From positions 1 to 38,514 of IMG/VR virus record IMGVR_UViG_3300037834_000037: a stretch of 38,514 bases of DNA. The stretch is one strand, 5' to 3'. The notes under the pieces are model-generated. The model was not told the origin of the DNA, made no database searches, and saw nothing but the letters and a program-made list of their open reading frames with translations. Positions 7,981 through 15,548 of this stretch are shown here, in pieces. How positions within the stretch are numbered: position 1 is the stretch's first letter; every line of letters starts with the position of its first letter. This stretch comes from a virus (Duplodnaviria; Caudoviricetes). The position numbers and the translations under genes were made by a program.

Positions 7981-8663
7981 CCTTCGCCCCCGCCCGCCCC
8001 GCCCTCACTGCCGACCTCGTCGCCCGCGCCCTCGTGGCGTCGGCCCGAGCGTTCGGGGATGATCCCGTCGGGGCGCTGACGGCCAAGCCCCGGCGTGGCG
8101 ACGCGACCCGCCGATCGGTGGCCCCGGCCGGCATCGTTCTCTGCGAGGTGACGGGCCGCACCCACGCCGCGTTGAACCGTGTTCTGGGCCTCGCCCAAGG
8201 CACGCTGGGCGAGGCCTGGCGGCGGCCGGGCGCGGAGAAGGCCATCGCCGCCGTTCGGGCGGAACTGGCGGAGCTCATCGGTCCGGCCGAGGATCCCCGC
8301 CGGGCAGTCGGCCCACCCCTTGCACCCCCCCCTGTCGCCCAGGAAGCGCCGCCGCCCCCGCCGGCGCGTGTCGATCACACTCCGGTCATCCGCGCGGCCC
8401 TGCAGCGGCGGAAGGGAGTCGCGTTCGAGGTGGTCGGGATCGAGACGGACGCGCTGCTGCTGCCCGAGCCGGGCAAGGGCGGATGCGGTTTTCCCATGGG
8501 TGATCCGCGCAGCCCGGACTATCGTGCCTGCGACGCCGAGAAGGTGGCGGGGCGGCGCTACTGCGCGAGGCACCTGAAGGTTTCCGGTCTCGCGGCCGAC
8601 CCCACGGAGATCCGCACGGCCGGCGGCCGGGTGGCCGCGGCCTATGACGAGGACGCGGCGTGA
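7977..8663 (+). CDS. Protein with GcrA-like C-terminal Cys/His domain
   Basis: CGFPMGDPRSPDYRACDAEKVAGRRYCARH resembles the GcrA C-terminal C-x-WP-x-GDP...FC...PYC-x-x-H motif; Pro-rich linker. Confidence 0.75.
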   Translation: MTFAPARPALTADLVARALVASARAFGDDPVGALTAKPRRGDATRRSVAPAGIVLCEVTGRTHAALNRVLGLAQGTLGEAWRRPGAEKAIAAVRAELAELIGPAEDPRRAVGPPLAPPPVAQEAPPPPPARVDHTPVIRAALQRRKGVAFEVVGIETDALLLPEPGKGGCGFPMGDPRSPDYRACDAEKVAGRRYCARHLKVSGLAADPTEIRTAGGRVAAAYDEDAA

Positions 8664-8953
8664 GCCGCCGGCGTCGCAAGCCAGCGGGCTCGACCTGGGC
8701 GGCGTGGACGCCGGCCATGGCGGAGGCCTTTCGGCTGGCGGCCCTGTTCTCCGACTGGTCTCCGCCGGCACGCGTGCGCCTGACGTTGGGCCAGACGCGA
8801 CAGACCTTGTCGGCGCGGTTCACGGGACCTGACGGTCAGGTGATGACGGCCCGTCTGCGCCTGCGCCGCGACCCGGTTTCGGGCGCGCGCGAGGTGGTCG
8901 GCGAAGATCTGTCGATCCCTCTTCAGATCGCCAGGGGCGGGGGGGCGTCGTGA
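8660..8953 (+). CDS. Hypothetical protein
   Basis: GTGA coupling in the early operon. Confidence 0.6.
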   Translation: MSRRRRKPAGSTWAAWTPAMAEAFRLAALFSDWSPPARVRLTLGQTRQTLSARFTGPDGQVMTARLRLRRDPVSGAREVVGEDLSIPLQIARGGGAS

Positions 8954-9243
8954 CGGGGTCGGAGATCCTCGCGGCGCTGACGCCCTTCATGAAGCTGCTG
9001 GCCGGAACGCCGTCCGGCGAGGTGCTTGCCGACCTGGCGTCGCTGGCCCTGCCCGACGCCCAATGGAGCGCCGCGATCGGGTGCGGCTGGGGCGATCCGT
9101 GGCCGCGCATCGAGGCGGACGTTCTGGCCCAGCTGCAGGCCTGGGATCGCGTCGGTCGTCGGAACGAGCCGGTCGCCGAATCCTATCGGGAGGCGGCGAG
9201 GGCCGTCCGGGCCTGTGTGGCGCTGATCGAGGAGCGGTCATGA
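8950..9243 (+). CDS. Hypothetical protein
   Basis: GTGA coupling. Confidence 0.6.
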   Translation: MTGSEILAALTPFMKLLAGTPSGEVLADLASLALPDAQWSAAIGCGWGDPWPRIEADVLAQLQAWDRVGRRNEPVAESYREAARAVRACVALIEERS

Positions 9244-9467
9244 GCGACCTGCCCAAGGCCGAGGCCGACATGCTTTTCAGACTGCAGGTCGCCGACGGCC
9301 ACCGCCAGCAGGGCGCGGCCGGCATCGTCCACGTCGCGGCCCCGAACCGGATGGAGGCCCTGCAGGCGGTCGCCAAGCGAGGGCTGGCGACGACCTGGTG
9401 GGGCGACGGAAAGGACGCAGGGCTGCTGCTCGGCCGGATAACCCAGGCGGGGAGGCAACGGCGGTGA
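9240..9467 (+). CDS. Hypothetical protein
   Basis: ATGA coupling, GAGGAG RBS (MSDLPKAEAD...). Confidence 0.6.
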   Translation: MSDLPKAEADMLFRLQVADGHRQQGAAGIVHVAAPNRMEALQAVAKRGLATTWWGDGKDAGLLLGRITQAGRQRR

Positions 9468-9790
9468 GCATCGCCCTGACCGAAATGCAGGCGAGGTGCC
9501 TCGCCTTCCTGAAGCGCAGGCTCGCGGAGACCGGCGGCGTCTGCCCGTCCTATGATGAGATCACGGCCGGCCTTGGACTGGCCAGCAAGTCCGGCGTTCA
9601 TCGCCTGCTGTCCGATCTGGAGCTGCGCGGCCGCATCCGCCGGCTGCCCCACAAGGTTCGCGCCATCGAGGTGCTGGACCAACCGGCGGAAATCGACCTG
9701 GCCAGTCTGGGCGACGACGAACTGAAAGCGCTGGGAGCGCGCGTGGCGGCCGAGCTGGCCGGACGCCTGGCGAGGGGAGCCCGGCCGTGA
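9464..9790 (+). CDS. Truncated LexA-like protein (winged-helix DNA-binding domain only, no peptidase)
   Basis: LTEMQ..L.FL...ETGGVCPSYDEI...LGLASKSGVHRLL..LE.RG.IRRLPHKVRAIEV closely matches the alphaproteobacterial LexA N-domain; GGAGG RBS, GTG start. Confidence 0.88.
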   Translation: MSIALTEMQARCLAFLKRRLAETGGVCPSYDEITAGLGLASKSGVHRLLSDLELRGRIRRLPHKVRAIEVLDQPAEIDLASLGDDELKALGARVAAELAGRLARGARP

Positions 9791-10422
9791 GGCGCGCGGC
9801 CGTCGTCAAGGTCCAGATCGCTCGGCGGGAGCTGGGGCTGGACGAGGACACCTACCGCCTGGTGCTGGAGCGGGTAACGGGCAAGACGTCGTCGACGGCC
9901 TGCACCGACGCCGAGCTGGGCCAGGTGCTGGACGCGTTCAAGGCCCAAGGCTGGAAACCCCAAGTCCTCATCGGCCAGAAAGCCCGAAAGCCCGAAAGCC
10001 CGAAATCCCGAGCGCGGCCGGCCGATCACCCGGCGGCCAAGAAGGCGCGCGCGCTGTGGCTGTCCCTGTGGCACCTGGGCGAGATCCGCGACCCTTCGGA
10101 GGCGGCGCTGGAGAGCTTCGCCCGCCGCCAGCTGGGCGGGGACCGCCTGCAGTGGGCGGACCAGGGGCGCGTCTACAAGCTGATCGAGGCGCTGAAGTCG
10201 ATGGCAGATCGCGCCGGCTGGTCCCAGCATCTGGACAAGACCAACGCAGGATTTGAGATCGAGACGCTCAAGGCGCGCCTGTTGCTGGCCCAAGAAGAGC
10301 GGCTTTCTGGGCGCCCCCTGTTGCCCGACGAGCATCTGGCGACTTGGCGAGAGGGCTTCTCTGACCGTGCTGACGGCCTGATCGCTAAAAACGGTCAAGC
10401 CATCCGGGCGAAGGCCGGGTGA
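9787..10422 (+). CDS. gemA: GemA / Mu gp16 (DUF1018) family protein
   Basis: KVQIARRELGLDEDTYRLVL..VTGK.S; KKARALWLSL; LIEALKSM. Confidence 0.9.
   Translation: MRRAAVVKVQIARRELGLDEDTYRLVLERVTGKTSSTACTDAELGQVLDAFKAQGWKPQVLIGQKARKPESPKSRARPADHPAAKKARALWLSLWHLGEIRDPSEAALESFARRQLGGDRLQWADQGRVYKLIEALKSMADRAGWSQHLDKTNAGFEIETLKARLLLAQEERLSGRPLLPDEHLATWREGFSDRADGLIAKNGQAIRAKAG
9978..10009 (+). repeat. 8-bp tandem repeat (GAAAGCCC)x3 + GAAATCCC inside gemA
   Basis: Read directly from the sequence. Confidence 0.85.
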
Positions 10423-10425
10423 ACC

Positions 10426-10632
10426 ATGGCGCTCGACCTTCTCGCATGGCCGGAGATCGCGGAGGCCAGGGCCGCCGTGGTGTCGGCGCATGCCGAGGCG
10501 GCCGAGGCGGCGCGGCGCGTGCGCTGCGCGCCTCACGGCGAGAAGGTGGTGCGGCTGAAGGCCCTCCAAACGGCCGTCTCGGCGACCCTCAAGGCCGAGC
10601 TGGAGCTGGCCCGTCTGACGGCGGGGGGCTGA
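10426..10632 (+). CDS. Hypothetical protein
   Basis: Fills the gemA-mor gap, helical composition. Confidence 0.65.
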   Translation: MALDLLAWPEIAEARAAVVSAHAEAAEAARRVRCAPHGEKVVRLKALQTAVSATLKAELELARLTAGG

Positions 10633-10633
10633 G

Positions 10634-11017
10634 ATGATGCGCCCCGGCGATCTGAGCGACTGGCAGAAGCTGGTGAAGATGATCGGCGAGGAGAGCGCCG
10701 GCGCGCTTTCGGCCCTCTACGGCGGGGGCCGCATGTACGTGCCGAAGATCCTCGGCGCCCATCATCCGATCACCCAGACGGTCGGCCGCGAGGCTGCGAT
10801 CCGGCTGGTCGTCCAGTTCGGCGGCCAGCCGCTGGACATCCCCATCAGCCTGGGCAAGCGCATCCAGATTCAGCAACTGGTCACCGGCGGCGTGTCAGTG
10901 GCGGAGATCTGCCGGCGGGTTGGCGTCAGTCGCCGGACCGTGTTCTACGTCAAGGCCGGGATGCGCGATGGCGTCGCCGAGTCCGAAGACCCGGAGCACC
11001 CCGACCTCTTTTCCTGA
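10634..11017 (+). CDS. Mor/C-family late transcription activator
   Basis: IGEESAGALSALYGGGRMYVP...FGGQPLDIP plus C-terminal HTH; directly precedes lysis genes. Confidence 0.85.
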   Translation: MMRPGDLSDWQKLVKMIGEESAGALSALYGGGRMYVPKILGAHHPITQTVGREAAIRLVVQFGGQPLDIPISLGKRIQIQQLVTGGVSVAEICRRVGVSRRTVFYVKAGMRDGVAESEDPEHPDLFS

Positions 11018-11024
11018 CGCTCAA

Positions 11025-11042
11025 GGGTGCAAGGTTGCACCC
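11025..11042. promoter_or_regulatory. Palindrome GGGTGCAAGGTTGCACCC, candidate activator site of the lysis (Plys-like) promoter
   Basis: Perfect 8-bp arms upstream of endolysin; near-identical copy upstream of the protease gene. Confidence 0.7.
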
Positions 11043-11132
11043 AAGCCGGGCCACGCGCCGGGCGATAGTTTCGAGGCTCTTGAACGCGGCCGATCGGGAA
11101 CCGATCCGGCCGCCCCTCCGGAGCCCTGATCA

Positions 11133-11594
11133 ATGGACGTCCATCCCTCGCGCCGCTTGTCGCCGCACTTCACCGTGGCCGAGCTGACCGTCTCGGCCAT
11201 GGCGGCGCGCCGTGGCCTGAAGAACGTGCCGGGCCCGGCGGAGCTGGACCAGCTGGCCGTCACCGCCCGGCGCATGGAGGAGGTCCGCAAGCTGCTGGGC
11301 GACCGGCCGATCACGGTCCTGTCCGGCTTCCGCTCCAGGGCCGTCAACCGCGCGGTCGGCGGCGCGCCGAACAGCGCCCACATGAGCGGCCACGCGGTCG
11401 ACTTCATCTGCCCGGGCTACGGCACGCCGGCGCAGATCGCCCGGCTCCTGGCGACCCACCTGAAGAACTTCGACCAGGTGATCGACGAGTTCGACCAGTG
11501 GGTCCACATCGGCTGGGGGCCCGGCGCCCGGGAGCAGTATCTGCAGGCTCGCAAACAGGCGGGCCGGACCGTCTACGCGGTGGTGGCCCGTTGA
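11133..11594 (+). CDS. Endolysin, peptidase M15 family
   Basis: LSPHFT..EL, SGFRS..VN..VGGA.NSAHMSGHAVDF, WVHIG Zn-peptidase motifs. Confidence 0.92.
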   Translation: MDVHPSRRLSPHFTVAELTVSAMAARRGLKNVPGPAELDQLAVTARRMEEVRKLLGDRPITVLSGFRSRAVNRAVGGAPNSAHMSGHAVDFICPGYGTPAQIARLLATHLKNFDQVIDEFDQWVHIGWGPGAREQYLQARKQAGRTVYAVVAR

Positions 11595-11908
11595 GCGCCC
11601 GCGACCCCGCGACCCTGACCCAGCCGACGCCCCGCCTGCGCGAAGTGACCTGGCTGTGGCGTCGTCTGTGGAGCTTCGGCGTCACCTTCGGCGCCCTGGC
11701 GATCGTCGCCGGCATCGTCATGGTGCTGCCGGGCACCGGTCTGGCGCTGGCCCAGGCCGTCGCCCTGCAGCAGGTCGCCTTCGCCCTGATCGGGCTGATC
11801 GTCTTCGTCGGCCTGATCTACGTCGTCGGGGCCACGGCCTATGAGCTGGTCCAGCTGGTCGAGGCCGCGAAGGTTGATCGCGCCCGATCCTCGGAGGTGG
11901 CCCGATGA
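11591..11908 (+). CDS. Putative holin (two TM segments)
   Basis: TTG overlapping the endolysin stop; two hydrophobic helices; lysis cassette position. Confidence 0.7.
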   Translation: MSARDPATLTQPTPRLREVTWLWRRLWSFGVTFGALAIVAGIVMVLPGTGLALAQAVALQQVAFALIGLIVFVGLIYVVGATAYELVQLVEAAKVDRARSSEVAR

Positions 11909-12414
11909 TCCGCGCCTGGATCGGCATGGGCGCCCTGGTCGCCTTCAGCACGGCCGTCCTCATCTCGAAATCGATTGAAGAGACCCGCCTCCGGGCGGTC
12001 ATCGCGGGCCATGACGCCTGCGCGGCGGCGGTCACCAATGGCGAGCTGGACGTCTCGACGTCTCGCTGCCCGCCTGCGGTCGCCGCCGCCCACCGCGTCC
12101 AGGTCAAGACCCGCACCTGCGATGCGGCCCTGGCGTCCGGCGAGACATTCGTCCTGCGCTCTGCCTGCTCAACCGAGGTCAAGACGGTGGTCGCCGACCG
12201 CGACGCCGCGCGCATCGAGCGCGACGACGCCCGGTCCGACGCCGCCCGCCTTCGCCGCGATCAGGGCGCGGCCCTCGCCCGGGCCGAAGCCCGCGGATTC
12301 GCACAAGCCCAAAGAACCCATGACCTGGAGACGCGCCTTGAAGGCGATGCTGACCCTACCGCTGACGGCCTTGCTCGCTGCGACGCTGAGTGCCTGCGCC
12401 GGCTCGGGGCGTGA
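11905..12414 (+). CDS. Putative i-spanin (Rz-like)
   Basis: N-terminal TM anchor, Ala/Arg coiled coil, Cys residues. Confidence 0.7.
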   Translation: MIRAWIGMGALVAFSTAVLISKSIEETRLRAVIAGHDACAAAVTNGELDVSTSRCPPAVAAAHRVQVKTRTCDAALASGETFVLRSACSTEVKTVVADRDAARIERDDARSDAARLRRDQGAALARAEARGFAQAQRTHDLETRLEGDADPTADGLARCDAECLRRLGA

Positions 12415-12664
12415 GGTCCCGATCGCCGATGTCGCCCCCGACCCGGTGGTCGAGGTGCGGCGCGAGACGGTGATCGTCTGCCCGGCCGAAATCTATGCGC
12501 CCATCCCGACTCGCGCCGCCCCCGAGGCGGACGCGGTCGTCGAGACCAATCCGGCGGGCCGTCGCTGGCTGGCCGGCGAGCTGGCCCGTGGCGACGTCGT
12601 CGCCGGACGGCTGGTGGATGCCCGCGCGCAGTGCCCGCCGGCTGAAGGCGCGCCCGTCCGATGA
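12320..12664 (+). CDS. Putative o-spanin (Rz1-like lipoprotein) overlapping the i-spanin
   Basis: MTWRRALKAMLTLPLTALLAATLSA-C lipobox; Pro/Cys-containing mature part; alternative start 12347. Confidence 0.72.
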   Translation: MTWRRALKAMLTLPLTALLAATLSACAGSGREVPIADVAPDPVVEVRRETVIVCPAEIYAPIPTRAAPEADAVVETNPAGRRWLAGELARGDVVAGRLVDARAQCPPAEGAPVR

Positions 12665-12912
12665 GCGACGTCCACGACGGCCTGATCGAAAGGTCCGCCC
12701 AGCTGCAGGACCGCGAGGTCGAGACGCGGTTGGCGGCGATCCGCCGCGCCAACGCCCAGGCCCCGGCCGGGGAGCGTCCGGCCCTGCGCACCTGCTGCGA
12801 CTGCCCCGATCCCATCGAGCCGGCCCGACTGGCCGCCAACCCCCGGGCCGTGCGCTGCACTGCCTGCCAGGCCGAGCGCGAAGCCGCCGGCGCGTCCGGA
12901 GTGCGTGCGTGA
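12661..12912 (+). CDS. TraR/DksA C4-type zinc-finger protein
   Basis: CCDCPDPIEPARLAANPRAVRCTACQ. Confidence 0.9.
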   Translation: MSDVHDGLIERSAQLQDREVETRLAAIRRANAQAPAGERPALRTCCDCPDPIEPARLAANPRAVRCTACQAEREAAGASGVRA

Positions 12913-13229
12913 GAGAGTTCCTGCCCTACGCCGCCTTCACCGTCTCGGTCATCGCCTGCGCGATCAGCGCCGGCGTGGCCGTCCGCGCCGGGCGCTGGCG
13001 CAACGCCGAAGGGCACGCCGCCCTTGTGCGGCGGGTGGGCGATCTGGAGAGCGGCGCGCGGCTGGTCGGGCAACGGCTGGATGATCTGGAAGAAGACGTC
13101 CGCAACCTGCCGACCAAGGCCGACTTCACGCGGCTGGAGGGGGAGATCAAGACCACCTGCGCCATCGCCGACCGGACCGAGAAGTCCGTGGTCCGGATCG
13201 AGAGCTTCCTGATGGAGCGGCGTCCGTGA
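12909..13229 (+). CDS. DUF2730-like membrane-anchored coiled-coil protein (Mu gp25 position)
   Basis: N-terminal TM, LE..VRNLPTKADF..LEGEI motif. Confidence 0.75.
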   Translation: MREFLPYAAFTVSVIACAISAGVAVRAGRWRNAEGHAALVRRVGDLESGARLVGQRLDDLEEDVRNLPTKADFTRLEGEIKTTCAIADRTEKSVVRIESFLMERRP

Positions 13230-13531
13230 GCTACGCCGAGCACCTAGCCGCGAACCGCCGCCTCGCCATCCTGCAGAACCTGATCGACGACCAGGGCCAC
13301 GGATCTGAGACGGCCGTGGAGCAGACGCTGCTGGCCCAGGGCCACCACGCGGGCCTGACCCGTGAAGCCGTGCGCCAGCTGCTGAAGGATCTGACCGAGG
13401 TGGGTGCGGTCGAGATCGACTGGTTCCGCGACCGGCTGATGGTCGCGCACATCACCGAGCGCGGCGTGGCGATCGCCCAGGGCCGCATCACGGTTGACGG
13501 GGTCGAGAAGCCCCCGATCGGCAGGCGCTGA
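13226..13531 (+). CDS. Mu gp26-like winged-helix protein
   Basis: RRLAILQ.L...ITERGVAIAQGR..VDGVEKP. Confidence 0.8.
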   Translation: MSYAEHLAANRRLAILQNLIDDQGHGSETAVEQTLLAQGHHAGLTREAVRQLLKDLTEVGAVEIDWFRDRLMVAHITERGVAIAQGRITVDGVEKPPIGRR

Positions 13532-14103
13532 TGGCCAGGCCCGCCCCGCGCCGCCCCGAGCGCCCGTCCAGCATTGATCGTCTGCCGGAAGAGATCCGCG
13601 CCGAGGTCGGTCGCCTGCGCGTCCAGGGCCGGACCATCGACGAGATCCTGGCGCACCTGAAGACGATGGACGTCGAGGTCTCGCGCTCCGCGCTGGGACG
13701 GCACGTCAAGCGCATGACCACGGCCCGGGAGCGGATGAAGCATTCGCGCGAGATGGCCACCGCCCTGGTGTCGCAGTTCGGCGATCAGCCCGACAACCAG
13801 CTGGCCCGGCTGAACCTGGAGCTGATGCACGGGGTGGTCATGCAGACCATCATGGCGACCGCCGAGGACGATGACGGCGAACCGCAGCCGGTCACCTTCA
13901 GCCCTGAGGACGCGCGGTTCCTGGCCGACGCGCTCGCCAAGCTGGCCTCGGCCGAGAAGACCAACGTCGATCGGACGCTGAAGCTGAAGCAGGAAGCCAC
14001 GAAGGAAGCGGCCAAGGCGGCCGGCGCGGTGGCCAAGTCCGCCGGTCTGACACCCGACCTGGTCGGCGCGATCGAAAAGGCGATCCTGGGGGTGGCGACG
14101 TGA
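13531..14103 (+). CDS. DUF3486 / Mu gp27-like terminase small subunit
   Basis: SSIDRLPEEIR...SRSALGRH...GLTPD...I..AILGV. Confidence 0.88.
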   Translation: MARPAPRRPERPSSIDRLPEEIRAEVGRLRVQGRTIDEILAHLKTMDVEVSRSALGRHVKRMTTARERMKHSREMATALVSQFGDQPDNQLARLNLELMHGVVMQTIMATAEDDDGEPQPVTFSPEDARFLADALAKLASAEKTNVDRTLKLKQEATKEAAKAAGAVAKSAGLTPDLVGAIEKAILGVAT

Positions 14104-15548
14104 CCGCCGCCGCCCTCGGTCCCTTCGACGCCCCGGAGGCCACGCTGGCCGCCGAGCTGGGGCGACTGCCCCGGTCCGATCTGTTGCTGGGGTACCAGCA
14201 GCGGGCGATCGCCAAGATCAAGGCGTCATCCCTGCTGGTGATCGAGAAGTCGCGCCGCATCGGCCTGACCTGGGGCATCGCCTCCTACGCCGGCCTCCTG
14301 GCCTCCGCCTCGCGCGCCGCCGGGGGGATGAAGGTCTGGTACATGGGCTACGACCAGGAAATGGCCCGCGAGTTCGTGGACGTCGTCGGCATGTGGGCCG
14401 GGGCGTTCCAGATCGCCGCCTCGGCCGTCGAGGAGACCGTGATCCACGACCCCGAGGGGGACGTGAAGGCCTTCCGCGTGTCGATGGCGTCGGGCTTCGA
14501 GGTGGTGGCCCTGCCGTCCGTCGCCCGCGCGCTACGCGGCAAGCAGGGCTTGGTCATCATCGACGAGGCCGCCTTCCACTCCGACCTGGAGGAAGTGCTG
14601 AAGGCCGCGATCGCCCTGCTGATGTGGGGCGGCCGCGTCGTCGTCGTCTCGACCCACGACGGCATCGACAATCCGTTCAACCAGCTGCTCGACCGGATCA
14701 AGGCCGGCGAGCAGAAGGGCGACTATGTCCGCATCACCTTCGACGACGCCCTGGCGGACGGCCTCTACGAGCGGGTCCGGCTGACGGGCAAGCATCGCGG
14801 CCTCGACCGTGACGCCTGGATCGCCGACGTGCGCGACACCTACGGCGACAACGCCGGCGAGGAACTGGACTGCATTCCCAAGTCGGGAGCCGGCTCCTGG
14901 ATCGCCTCGGCCGACCTCGCCGCCTGCGAACATCCCGACGCCGGCCGGCCCCAGCTGTATCAGGGCGGCCTGGTCTACGTCGGCCGCGACGTCGCCCGCC
15001 GCCGCGACTTTTCGGTCATCTGGGCCTTCGAGCTGGTCCGGGGCGTGCTGTGGCTGCGCGATCGCTGGGAATCGAACAACGCCAGCTTCAGGGAGCAGGA
15101 TGACGTCTTCGACGCCCAGTTTGCGCGGTTCCGCGTCGCGGCCGCGCGGATCGACCAGACGGGCATGGGCGAAAAGGTCGTCGAGGACGCGCAGGCCAGG
15201 CACGGGACGACCCGGGTCCAGGGCGTGCTGTTCACCGCCCCGAGCCGCCTGCACCTGGCGACCCTGCTGCGCGACCGCTTCGAGGCGGAGACCATCCGCA
15301 TCCCGCCCGACCCGATCATCCGGCAAGACTTCCGCACGCTGAAGCGCGCGGGTCCCCAGGGCCGCGCCCTGGTCGAAGGCGACGGCATGCACCCCGACCG
15401 CTTCTGGGCCGCCGCCCTGGCGTGCGAGGCGGCCGACATGCCCTCGACGACCTATGGCGGCTGGGAGTCGGCCCGCGCGCCCCGGCCCTTCGACGAAGCC
15501 ACCCGCGACGACGACGACGTTCGCATGTTCAAGGGAGGAGCCTGGTGA
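14100..15548 (+). CDS. Terminase large subunit (Mu gp28-like)
   Basis: EKSRRIGLTW, LRGKQG.VIIDEAAFH, STH.G.DNPF, GRDVAR, DQTGMG, HPDRFWA. Confidence 0.95.
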   Translation: MTAAALGPFDAPEATLAAELGRLPRSDLLLGYQQRAIAKIKASSLLVIEKSRRIGLTWGIASYAGLLASASRAAGGMKVWYMGYDQEMAREFVDVVGMWAGAFQIAASAVEETVIHDPEGDVKAFRVSMASGFEVVALPSVARALRGKQGLVIIDEAAFHSDLEEVLKAAIALLMWGGRVVVVSTHDGIDNPFNQLLDRIKAGEQKGDYVRITFDDALADGLYERVRLTGKHRGLDRDAWIADVRDTYGDNAGEELDCIPKSGAGSWIASADLAACEHPDAGRPQLYQGGLVYVGRDVARRRDFSVIWAFELVRGVLWLRDRWESNNASFREQDDVFDAQFARFRVAAARIDQTGMGEKVVEDAQARHGTTRVQGVLFTAPSRLHLATLLRDRFEAETIRIPPDPIIRQDFRTLKRAGPQGRALVEGDGMHPDRFWAAALACEAADMPSTTYGGWESARAPRPFDEATRDDDDVRMFKGGAW

